A DNA stretch of 46,979 bases, taken from assembly GCA_964383485.1 (NCBI GenBank), contig CAYLHM010000001.1, positions 1 through 46,979 on the forward strand. The letters run 5' to 3'. Below are positions 8,466-16,843 of the stretch, in pieces. Position numbers and translations under genes: made by a program. The notes below the pieces were generated by a model. The model ran no database searches, was not told where the DNA came from, and worked only from the letters and a program-made list of their open reading frames with translations. The stretch's first letter is position 1. Every line of letters begins with the position of its first letter. Source of the DNA: an uncultured Oscillospiraceae bacterium. GTDB taxonomy: Bacteria; Bacillota; Clostridia; Oscillospirales; Oscillospiraceae.

Positions 8466-9217
8466 TACAGCAGGCCCCCTTTCATGCGGAAGGTTTGCTG
8501 AAAAGCATCCGAGCGCAGAACCTCCTGGGGACTGCCCTGGGCAACGATCCGATGGTCGATCAGCACCACCTGGTCGGCATACCGGGGCAGCATGGAAAAA
8601 TCGTGGGTGATCATCAAAATGGACAGATCATAGTCCCGGCGCAGCTCGTCCAGCATATCCATCAGGGTACTCATGCCCTCCACATCCACGCCGGACAGGG
8701 GTTCGTCCAAAATCAAAATATTGGGGATCGGCTCCAATGCCAGCGCCAGCAGCACCCGCTGAAGCTCGCCGCCGGAGAGGGTGCCGATGCGCTTGTCGAT
8801 CAGATCCCTGCCATGCACCCGATCCAGGCAGTCTAAAATGCCCTGGCGCATTTTGGCCGTGGCCCCCAGAAAGGCGGGCCGGGAACTCCTGCAGCAGATG
8901 AACAGATCCGCCACCGTCAGAGGGTCGCCGGGGTCAAAGGAGGGGCTTTGGGGCACATAGCCGATGCGGGGCTTGCGGCTGCGCTGGCCGGGCACCGAGA
9001 ACGAAATGGTGCCGGTATAGTCCCGCTGGCCTAAAATGGCCTTGAGAAAGGTGCTTTTGCCGGCGCCGTTGGGGCCGATGATCGCCACAAGCTGGCCGCA
9101 GTGGATATGCAGGTTGATGTCCTGCAAAATGGCTTCGCTGCCGATGGTCACGGACAGACCCTGTACTTTTAAGCAGCAGGAGTCGCCGCAGGCACCGCCG
9201 TGGATCACTGGTTTCAT
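8465..9217 (-). CDS. znuC: Metal ABC transporter ATP-binding protein, ZnuC-like
   Basis: GPNGAGKST, IGYVPQ, LSGGELQRV, LDEP, THD. Confidence 0.9.
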   Translation of the reverse strand: MKPVIHGGACGDSCCLKVQGLSVTIGSEAILQDINLHIHCGQLVAIIGPNGAGKSTFLKAILGQRDYTGTISFSVPGQRSRKPRIGYVPQSPSFDPGDPLTVADLFICCRSSRPAFLGATAKMRQGILDCLDRVHGRDLIDKRIGTLSGGELQRVLLALALEPIPNILILDEPLSGVDVEGMSTLMDMLDELRRDYDLSILMITHDFSMLPRYADQVVLIDHRIVAQGSPQEVLRSDAFQQTFRMKGGLL

Positions 9218-10068
9218 GACAGGGCCTCCTTGATCGTGTTGATGTTGTAATACATACTTTCAAAATATCCGCCGGAGGACAGACCCATATCCAGGGTGTA
9301 GATCTGCACGCCGGTTTCACGGGCGATGATCTCGGCGGCGGAACTGCTTCCGCTGCGCTCCACAAAGATGGCGGGGAGCTGATGCTCCTGCACCAGTCCG
9401 ATCAGCTTCTTCAGCTCCATGGCCGAGGCCTCGCTGCCCGATTCCTCCTCGATGGCCTCCAGAATTTCCAAATCGAAGGCCTGGGCCAGGTAGGAAAAGC
9501 CGTCGTGAAAGGTGATCAGCTCCCGGCACTTCAGATCGGACAGGGTTTCCCTGCCGTAACGCTCCAGCTCTGCCAGCTCCTCCAGAAGTTCCCGGGCATT
9601 TTCTTCAAAAATCTCCGAAAACTGGGGATATTGGCCCTGTAAAGCGCGGCAAATATTTTGCACCATGCCCATGGCCTGGGCAGGGGAGAGCCAGATGTGG
9701 GGGTCGTGGGCATCCTCAGCGTGATCCTCATGGCTTTCCAGCAGCTCTAAGCCCTGGGAGGCATCGGCCACAGCGGAGGCGGAGCCGATGAGATCGGCCA
9801 TAAATTCCTCCAGCCCGGCCCCGGAGATCACCAGAAGCTCTGCTGCTTCCGCCGCCTGGACCTGGCGGACACTGAGGGAATAGTCATGGAGGCAGGACAC
9901 GCTTTCCGTGACCAGCCGGGTCACGCTCAGGCCGGTGCCCTGGCAGAGCCGGACGGTAAATTCATACACCGGCAGGGTGGTGGCCGCAATAGGTGCCTGC
10001 TCCCTGGGGGCAGAGCAGCCGGAAAGCAGAAGCACCACGGCCAGCAGAAAAAGTACAATTTTTTTCAC
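9214..10068 (-). CDS. znuA: Metal ABC transporter substrate-binding lipoprotein, ZnuA-like
   Basis: Lipobox LLSGC; CLHDY, DPHIWLSP and FHDGF metal-ligand motifs with a short His/acid loop; start taken as GTG at 10068. Confidence 0.88.
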   Translation of the reverse strand: MKKIVLFLLAVVLLLSGCSAPREQAPIAATTLPVYEFTVRLCQGTGLSVTRLVTESVSCLHDYSLSVRQVQAAEAAELLVISGAGLEEFMADLIGSASAVADASQGLELLESHEDHAEDAHDPHIWLSPAQAMGMVQNICRALQGQYPQFSEIFEENARELLEELAELERYGRETLSDLKCRELITFHDGFSYLAQAFDLEILEAIEEESGSEASAMELKKLIGLVQEHQLPAIFVERSGSSSAAEIIARETGVQIYTLDMGLSSGGYFESMYYNINTIKEALS

Positions 10069-10145
10069 AGATGAATCGCCTATTTCAAATGGTTTCTTTA
10101 AGTTCATTATAACAGTTGTGTCAAGGAAGCGGAGATCATTTCCTC

Positions 10146-10176
10146 AAAAAAAGGAGCCTGCCAGGAAGCAGGCTCC
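10146..10176 (-). terminator. Rho-independent terminator
   Basis: ggagcctgc...gcaggctcc with a 7-T run on the minus strand. Confidence 0.8.
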
Positions 10177-10190
10177 GCAGATGTAGAAGT

Positions 10191-10421
10191 TTAGTGGTTG
10201 GTCATCCAGTCCTCAACCTTGGCCTTAGCTAGGCGCTTGATGTCCTCGGTGGGATAAGGAGAAGCCTCACCGCCGAATACATACAGGAAATACAGACCCT
10301 CGGGAGTCTGGTACAGATTTTCCTCATAGCCGCTGGGATCGCCAAAGAAACCACAGGTGTACTTCTTGATCAGGGTTGCAGTCTCGGTGTCATATTCCTT
10401 CTTGCAAATGATTTTCTTCAT
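10191..10421 (-). CDS. Small hypothetical protein (76 aa)
   Basis: RBS aaaggagg, own TTGCTT-17-TATAAT promoter and terminator; begins MKKIICKKEYDTETA. Confidence 0.88.
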   Translation of the reverse strand: MKKIICKKEYDTETATLIKKYTCGFFGDPSGYEENLYQTPEGLYFLYVFGGEASPYPTEDIKRLAKAKVEDWMTNH

Positions 10422-10682
10422 TGGACGAACCTCCTTTCATTTGTTGCGCTGGCTTTATTATATATTTTTCTGTTAAAAAAGCAAGGACTTTTTTCTGCTT
10501 TTCACCGTTTTTTCATAAAAATTGTATGAGAGCATGACTTTTGAAGACCCAGCACCGGATTTTTTGTGTACAATTTACACAAAAAATACGATTTTCCATA
10601 AAAAGTGCCCGATTGGGCGCGAAAAAATTCGGCTTGTTCCGAGGATAAAAATATGGTATAATGGGCAAAAGGCGGTGGAATT

Positions 10683-11333
10683 GTGAAGAATATCCCCATG
10701 TTTACAACGGAAAAGGGCGTTGCCAGCCTGATCCTCCGGGAAGTTCCATGCTGGGGCGTGGCCTATGTCCGCCTGCAATCGGCGCAGCCGGGGCAGGAGG
10801 GGGCATTCGCTTTGGAATGCGCCCAGTTTTGCCGGGCCGCCGGGGCAGAGCGGGTCTATGCCACGGGAGCGGGATTGGAGAAATTTCCACTGCACTGCAC
10901 GGTGCTGTCCATGGTCGGGCAGGTGTGTACGGAGCCTACGCTGCGCCGGAATTTCGTGCCGGTCACAGAGCAGACTGCGGGCCAATGGCGCAGCATTTAC
11001 AATCAGCGCATGGCGGCGGTGGACAATGCGGCCAGCCTTACCAAGACGGACGAAACCCGCCTGTGTTCCTCCGGCGGCGCTGGGTTCGTGCGGGAAAAGG
11101 AGCAGCTCTTGGGCATTGGCTGGCTGGAGCAGGGCCGTCTGCTGGCCTTGGCATCGGTTCAGCCGGGGGCAGGGGAGCGGGTCGCCCACACGGTACTTGC
11201 CCAGGCGGAGGGCCGGCAGGTAGCGCTGGAGGTGGCCTCCACCAACGCACGAGCCATCCGCCTGTATGAGCGCCTGGGATTCCAAAAGACCGGCGAGGGG
11301 AGCAGATGGTATGAGCTGCACCGGGAAAAATAA
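10683..11333 (+). CDS. GNAT-family N-acetyltransferase
   Basis: C-terminal PGAG...LEVASTNARAIRLYERLGF GNAT motif B. Confidence 0.85.
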   Translation: MKNIPMFTTEKGVASLILREVPCWGVAYVRLQSAQPGQEGAFALECAQFCRAAGAERVYATGAGLEKFPLHCTVLSMVGQVCTEPTLRRNFVPVTEQTAGQWRSIYNQRMAAVDNAASLTKTDETRLCSSGGAGFVREKEQLLGIGWLEQGRLLALASVQPGAGERVAHTVLAQAEGRQVALEVASTNARAIRLYERLGFQKTGEGSRWYELHREK

Positions 11334-11351
11334 TCCGAAAAAACAGACCGC

Positions 11352-11426
11352 TGTCAAGGAAAAACACTTGACAAGCGGCGGAAAATGGTGTATGATATCC
11401 CAGGTGTCAAGGAAAAGCCCTTGACA
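11352..11426 (+). promoter_or_regulatory. ylxM-ffh promoter with two palindromic operator-like boxes TGTCAAG-N8-CTTGACA
   Basis: Boxes at 11352-11373 and 11405-11426; TTGACA (11368) -17- TATGAT (11391). Confidence 0.8.
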
Positions 11427-11438
11427 CGGGAGGCTGAC

Positions 11439-11783
11439 ATGGATGCTTTGGAGATGACTCTGCTGTTTGACTACTATGGCGAGCTGCTGACACCCCGCCA
11501 GCGGCAGTGCATCGACCTGCGCTACAACCAGGATTTGTCCTTGGGGGAGATTGCCCAGGAGCTTCAGGTCAGCCGTCAGGGTGTTTACGACAATCTGAGC
11601 AGAGCGGAAGCATTGCTTCGGAATATGGAGGAACAGATCGGCTGCGTGCGCCGGGCCATGGCCTGCCGCCGGGCGGTGGAAGCCGTCCGCCGTGCCGTGC
11701 AGCCCCTGGAGCAGTACCCGGACGAGTGCGTGCGCCGGGCGGCCCAGGAAATTTTAACCGCTGTGGGAACACTTGAGGAGTAA
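11439..11783 (+). CDS. ylxM: YlxM family DNA-binding / SRP-associated protein
   Basis: LLFDYYGELLTPRQ...DLSLGEIAQELQVSRQGVYD; directly upstream of ffh; RBS ggagg. Confidence 0.93.
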   Translation: MDALEMTLLFDYYGELLTPRQRQCIDLRYNQDLSLGEIAQELQVSRQGVYDNLSRAEALLRNMEEQIGCVRRAMACRRAVEAVRRAVQPLEQYPDECVRRAAQEILTAVGTLEE

Positions 11784-11786
11784 ATT

Positions 11787-13127
11787 ATGGCATTTGAAGG
11801 CTTAACTGAAAAGATATCCGCCACATTCAAAAAGCTCCGCGGCAAAGGACGGCTGAAGGAGTCCGATGTCAAGGAGGCCATGCGGGAGATCCGTATGGCG
11901 CTTTTGGAGGCGGATGTGAGCTATAAGGTGGTCAAGGATTTCACCAAATCCGTCACCGAGCGCTGTGTGGGCGCCGATGTGCTTGAGTCCCTGACCCCGG
12001 CGCAGATGATCGTGAAGATCGTCAACGAGGAGCTTTGCAAGCTCATGGGCAGCGAGACCCGGCATATCACCATCAACCCCAACGGCCCCACTGTGGTGAT
12101 GCTGGTGGGCCTGCAGGGCGCAGGCAAAACCACCAACGGCTCCAAGCTGGCGGGCCTGATGAAGCGGCAGGGGAAGAACCCGCTGCTGGTCGCCTGCGAT
12201 ATCTACCGCCCGGCGGCCATCACCCAGCTCAAGGTCTGCGGCGAAAAGCTGGGCATTCCAGTGTTCGACGAGGGGCAGACCGACCCGGTGCAGATCGCCA
12301 GGGATGCTGTGACCTATGCACGCCAGCGCGGCCACGACATGGTGTTTCTGGATACCGCAGGCCGCCTGCATATCGACGAGGCCCTGATGGAGGAGCTGAA
12401 AAACATCAAAGCCGCCGTCAAGCCCGACGAGATCATGCTGGTGGTGGATGCCATGACCGGCCAGGATGCGGTCAACGCCGCCCAGAGCTTTAACGAGTGG
12501 CTGGACATCGACTCCGTGATGCTGAGCAAGCTGGACGGCGATGCCAGAGGCGGTGCTGCCCTGTCCGTGCGGGCCATCACCGGCAAGCCCATCAAATTTG
12601 CCGGCATGGGCGAAAAGCTGGAGGATATCGAGCCATTCCACCCGGATCGCATGGCTTCCCGGATTTTGGGCATGGGCGATGTGCTGAGCCTCATCGAAAA
12701 GGCCGAAAAGGCCTACGATGCCAAGAAAGCCGCCGAGATGGAGGAAAAGCTGAAAACCAACCGCTTTACCCTCCAGGACTTTTACGATCAGCTCGTTCAG
12801 CTGAAAAGCATGGGCTCCATGCAGGATATCCTGGCACAGATGCCCGGCGGCGCCAACCTGAAAAATGTCACCGTGGACGAGAAAGCCATGGCCCGCACCG
12901 AGGCCATTATCCTGTCCATGACCCCCAAGGAGCGGGAAAATCCGGGCATTATCGCCGCCAGCCGGAAACGGCGGATCGCCGCCGGCGCCGGTGTGCGGGT
13001 GGAGGATGTGAACAAGCTGCTGAAATCCTTTGAGCAGATGCGTGCCATGATCAAGCAGTTCTCCGGCCCCGGTATGGGCAGGAAAATGAAGCGTATGCGG
13101 GGCATGGGCGGCTTTCCGGGCTTCTGA
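11787..13127 (+). CDS. ffh: Signal recognition particle protein Ffh
   Basis: [42 protein letters not shown]; Met-rich M domain. Confidence 0.99.
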   Translation: MAFEGLTEKISATFKKLRGKGRLKESDVKEAMREIRMALLEADVSYKVVKDFTKSVTERCVGADVLESLTPAQMIVKIVNEELCKLMGSETRHITINPNGPTVVMLVGLQGAGKTTNGSKLAGLMKRQGKNPLLVACDIYRPAAITQLKVCGEKLGIPVFDEGQTDPVQIARDAVTYARQRGHDMVFLDTAGRLHIDEALMEELKNIKAAVKPDEIMLVVDAMTGQDAVNAAQSFNEWLDIDSVMLSKLDGDARGGAALSVRAITGKPIKFAGMGEKLEDIEPFHPDRMASRILGMGDVLSLIEKAEKAYDAKKAAEMEEKLKTNRFTLQDFYDQLVQLKSMGSMQDILAQMPGGANLKNVTVDEKAMARTEAIILSMTPKERENPGIIAASRKRRIAAGAGVRVEDVNKLLKSFEQMRAMIKQFSGPGMGRKMKRMRGMGGFPGF

Positions 13128-13198
13128 TTTCTTTTGTTCGCTCTAAGCATTTTTGGCTTTGCGATAGATATTTTGAATACTTTATGGAGGTGAAACTC

Positions 13199-13438
13199 AT
13201 GGTTAAGATCAGACTGAGAAGAATGGGTGCAAAGAAGGCTCCTTTCTACCGGATCGTGGTGGCGGACTCCCGCTCTCCCCGTGACGGCCGCTGCATCGAG
13301 GAGATCGGCACTTACAATCCTCTGACCGAGCCGGCTACCATTACGGTGGATGCCGAAAAGGCCCAGACCTGGATCAAGAACGGCGCACAGCCTACCGATA
13401 CCGTTCGCGGCCTGCTGAAAAATGCCGGCGTGCTGTAA
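13199..13438 (+). CDS. rpsP: 30S ribosomal protein S16
   Basis: [31 protein letters not shown]...GAQPTDTV. Confidence 0.99.
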   Translation: MVKIRLRRMGAKKAPFYRIVVADSRSPRDGRCIEEIGTYNPLTEPATITVDAEKAQTWIKNGAQPTDTVRGLLKNAGVL

Positions 13439-13459
13439 GATCTCATAAGGAGAAGGGCA

Positions 13460-13690
13460 ATGAAAGAACTTTTGCTGTATATGGCAAAGAATTTGGTGGA
13501 CAACCCCGATGCCGTCACCGTCAATGAAATCGACGGGGAAGACGGCAAGGTGCTGGAGCTTCATGTGGCCGAGGGCGACATGGGCAAGGTCATTGGCCGC
13601 CAGGGTCGGATCGCCAAGGAGATCCGTACCATCGTCAAGACAGTCGCCCAGCGCACCGGCGAACGGGTCACTGTCGAAATTATGGATTAA
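13460..13690 (+). CDS. khpA: KH-domain RNA-binding protein KhpA (YlqC)
   Basis: DMGKVIGRQGRIAKEIRT; lies between rpsP and rimM. Confidence 0.95.
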   Translation: MKELLLYMAKNLVDNPDAVTVNEIDGEDGKVLELHVAEGDMGKVIGRQGRIAKEIRTIVKTVAQRTGERVTVEIMD

Positions 13691-13710
13691 CGGGCATGGG
13701 ACTGTAAGAG

Positions 13711-13749
13711 GGGATTGCCACACCGGCTCCGGGCTGGTTCGCAATGACA
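13711..13749 (-). repeat. Single TGTC-type REP-like element
   Basis: gggattgccacacc...ctggttcgcaatgaca matches the reverse complement of 204-244. Confidence 0.7.
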
Positions 13750-13784
13750 CTTTTTACAGCCCCATTTTCGTATTTGGAGGGTCT

Positions 13785-14276
13785 ATGAAGCTGGAATTTT
13801 TAGAGGCGGGGGAGATCGTCGCCGTTCACGGTGTCCGTGGCGAGGTGAAGGTGCTTCCCTGGAGCGACGGGCCGGCGTTTCTCACCCGGTTCCGCCGGGT
13901 CCGCATCGGGGGCCGGGACTATGCGGTGGAGCAGTGCCGGGTGCAGAAAACCTGCAACCTGCTGAAGCTCCGGGGCGTGGATACCGTGGAGGCCGGGCAG
14001 GCCCTGCGGGGCAAAACTGTGGAAATTTATCGCCAGGATGCACCAGAGGACTTGATTTTTGCGGCGGAGCTGATCGGCATGACCGTGCTGTGCGACGGCG
14101 CAGAGCTGGGAAAGATTACGGAGGTATTGGACTATCCCGGCAACAAGGTCTATGTGGTGCAGGGCGAGCATGAATATATGATCCCGGCGGTGGGGCAGTT
14201 TGTGCTGTCCACCGATGTGGAGGGCAATGTGATGCAGGTGCGGCTGATTGAGGGAATGCGCAGCGATGAGAATTGA
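13785..14276 (+). CDS. rimM: Ribosome maturation factor RimM
   Basis: GEIVAVHGVRGEVKV, ELIG, GKITEVLDYPGNKVYVV, MIPAV; RBS ggagg. Confidence 0.95.
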   Translation: MKLEFLEAGEIVAVHGVRGEVKVLPWSDGPAFLTRFRRVRIGGRDYAVEQCRVQKTCNLLKLRGVDTVEAGQALRGKTVEIYRQDAPEDLIFAAELIGMTVLCDGAELGKITEVLDYPGNKVYVVQGEHEYMIPAVGQFVLSTDVEGNVMQVRLIEGMRSDEN

Positions 14277-15021
14277 TATTCTGACTTTGTTCCCGGACTC
14301 CGTGGGCGATGTCCTCAGCGACAGCATTCTGGGCCGTGCCCAGGAACGGGGGATCGTGCGCATCGAAGCCCACCAAATCCGGGACTACACCGCCAGTAAG
14401 CAGAACCAGGTGGACGACTATCCCTACGGCGGCGGCCGGGGGGCCATTATGCAGGCGGATCCTCTGTACCGCTGCTGGGAGGCGGTGTGCGACCAGGCCG
14501 CCGGGCCGGTGCATACGGTGTATATGTCCCCCTGCGGGCATACCTTTACCCAGCAGGATGCCATTCGCCTGAGCAAGCTGGACAATCTGGTTCTGGTCTG
14601 CGGCCATTACGAGGGCATCGACCAGCGCTTTATTGACGAATGTGTGGACGAGGAGCTTTCCCTGGGGGATTTTGTCCTCACCGGCGGGGAGATTGCCGCC
14701 ATGGCCGTGACTGATGCGGTGTGCCGCATGGTGCCGGGGGTGCTGGCCGACCCGGAGTGCTTTGAGGACGAGAGCCACTACAACGGGCTTTTGGAATACC
14801 CCCAGTACAGCCGCCCGGCGATCTGGCACGGCCGGGAGGTGCCGGCGGTTTTGCTGTCGGGGAACCATGAAAAGGTGGCCCGCTGGCGCAGGAAAATGGC
14901 CCTGCGCCGCACCAGAGCCAGGAGGCCGGATCTGTTTGCCAAGCTCCGCTTCGAGAGCAAGCAGGAACAGAAGCTCCTGGCCGAGCTGGAGCAAGAGGGC
15001 TGGTCGGAGAACACTGAATAG
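14266..15021 (+). CDS. trmD: tRNA (guanine37-N1)-methyltransferase
   Basis: IDILTLFP, VDDYPYGGG, CGHYEGIDQR, SLGDFVLTGGE, LLEYPQYSRP. Confidence 0.98.
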   Translation: MRIDILTLFPDSVGDVLSDSILGRAQERGIVRIEAHQIRDYTASKQNQVDDYPYGGGRGAIMQADPLYRCWEAVCDQAAGPVHTVYMSPCGHTFTQQDAIRLSKLDNLVLVCGHYEGIDQRFIDECVDEELSLGDFVLTGGEIAAMAVTDAVCRMVPGVLADPECFEDESHYNGLLEYPQYSRPAIWHGREVPAVLLSGNHEKVARWRRKMALRRTRARRPDLFAKLRFESKQEQKLLAELEQEGWSENTE

Positions 15022-15379
15022 GATTTTCCGAGACCCAGGCGATGATTTTTTAATTATGATCTTCTGGGGTTCCGAGCAAGAAAATTCGATTTATGTGCTT
15101 CTATTTGAAAAAATGAGCTATATACAATTCATTGTTATAACAATGCAAGAGAAAAATTTCACCTTGCCAGGAAACCGCCAGCGGAGTGGTAAATCATGCA
15201 AATTCCGAGCGAAAACAGCAATTTGAGCCGTACATCTCATCCTTCAGACACATTCTACTTTTTAATGCGGCTGTTCGTATGAGCGGATTAAATCGTTCGT
15301 AATCTTACCAATTTCCACGAATTACACAAAAAGCGCGGGAGATGTAACCGAATTTTTATTATTTTTATCCAGATTGTAG

Positions 15380-15407
15380 TTGACAAATAATCGGAAATAT
15401 GTATAAT
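15380..15407 (+). promoter_or_regulatory. Sigma-A-type promoter of the accessory gene pair
   Basis: TTGACA (15380) -16- TATAAT (15402) in an AT-rich intergenic region. Confidence 0.7.
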
Positions 15408-15500
15408 AATAATTGGGCCTGAAAATAGGATGGTGGAGGTGATGCCGGACACAGAAGGTGGAAACTGCTCAACTGTTCGTATCACGGAAAGGAGTAGCTT

Positions 15501-16829
15501 GTGAAAAAATTTAGTACGCTTGTTCTTGCGTTTACACTGACATTGCTGCTTGCACTTCTGGTACCGGGGAAAGCGGAGGCGGCAGCGTTTGAACCGCTGG
15601 ACGGGAATATGGGAGAAAGCAGCTATCAGGAAATGTTTGACTTGGTTCAGGACACAGACGGCGCTGCTACAGAGTACTACGCAGCTGCGTTTTCCAAGGC
15701 ATTTCAGGAGGACAGGGAAAGATTCCTGAGCGTTTTGGCGGAGCAGGACAGCGAAACCGTCAGCCTGGTGACTGGCCTTATTGTTGCTGAATTGGATCAG
15801 GATGCCCTGCTGTCTGTGCAGGCTGAAATGAATGCGCTGTCCGCCGATTCCAGGTATGCAACCGTGTCCGGCAGCTTTGCCCAGGCAATCGAGAAGATCT
15901 CCGCATTTTATAATGCAGAACCCAGCACGGAATATGACGATTCAGAGTGGGCGCCGCAGAATATGCCCTTTGAGCCGAGGATCGTGAAGCAGCTTCTCAG
16001 CTTTGACATTTCCCGGCACAATCTGACCAACGAAATGACCTGTGCCTATGCGTGCATGATCTACGAATACGCGCCCAGGCTCTTTGCCCACACCTTTATG
16101 GACTATCCAGCCGAGGATATTGCATATTTAGCTAGTCTGCTGGATAAGGGCTACACCCTGTCCGGCGCAATGCCCCCGGAAATTGAAGTCAAGGCGGAGG
16201 ACAGCGAGGAGCTGGCGGCGGCGATCCGTTGCTTCCAGGCCAATGTAAAATACCACGGCGATGCGGATGCCGCCACTGCTCAGGAACAGGAAATTCAGCA
16301 GGCTTCCGGCGAGAGCTATGAAATTCAGGCCATTTCGCCTTCCGTAGGGACGCCTGTTCACCCGGCAACCGCAAACCTGAACGAAACCATTTCCCTATCT
16401 GTTTCCATCATGGAAAGCTCTAATGTTTCCTCGACACGGGTATGGTATGTTAAAGTATGTGCAATTTTAGATGGAGATGCCACGGTGGTCGCTGCACAAT
16501 CATTTGCTTTGGTTCCCGGAAAAGTCAATGGTACATTTACCTGCAATTTTCAACTGACCAAAGTGGGGGATTACGATCTGATCGTGTATGTTTATGAAAG
16601 TGCAAATAGCACAACGCCACTTAAAACTGTAGTTTCAAAAACTGGAATTGAGGTAAAAGGCGATCGGAGCATAGACATATATTTCTATGCAGACCGGGAT
16701 CAATTTGGCACCTTTGGCTGTGCCCGTGTAAGCGATAGTGACCAGCTGAAAATACAGAATATCTTATCGAGTTTGGTCGGAACAGGGTATCACAACGCCG
16801 AAGGCGAAATTGTAATCACCAAACTGTAG
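15501..16829 (+). CDS. Secreted protein: signal peptide, two helical repeats, Ig-like beta domain and C-terminal remnant of an L,D-transpeptidase-like domain
   Basis: GTG start with RBS gaaaggag; signal peptide ending AEA; TDGAATEYY motif; C-terminal TFGCARVSDSDQ. Confidence 0.8.
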   Translation: MKKFSTLVLAFTLTLLLALLVPGKAEAAAFEPLDGNMGESSYQEMFDLVQDTDGAATEYYAAAFSKAFQEDRERFLSVLAEQDSETVSLVTGLIVAELDQDALLSVQAEMNALSADSRYATVSGSFAQAIEKISAFYNAEPSTEYDDSEWAPQNMPFEPRIVKQLLSFDISRHNLTNEMTCAYACMIYEYAPRLFAHTFMDYPAEDIAYLASLLDKGYTLSGAMPPEIEVKAEDSEELAAAIRCFQANVKYHGDADAATAQEQEIQQASGESYEIQAISPSVGTPVHPATANLNETISLSVSIMESSNVSSTRVWYVKVCAILDGDATVVAAQSFALVPGKVNGTFTCNFQLTKVGDYDLIVYVYESANSTTPLKTVVSKTGIEVKGDRSIDIYFYADRDQFGTFGCARVSDSDQLKIQNILSSLVGTGYHNAEGEIVITKL

Positions 16830-16843
16830 GAGGGATCGTCAAT

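Noticed and set aside
13509-13784. N-terminal ORF extensions in the track (rimM, tsaA, tmcAL, ybeY, ylbJ, ABC permease)
   Set aside because: They overlap neighbouring genes; downstream starts have an RBS and match family N-termini
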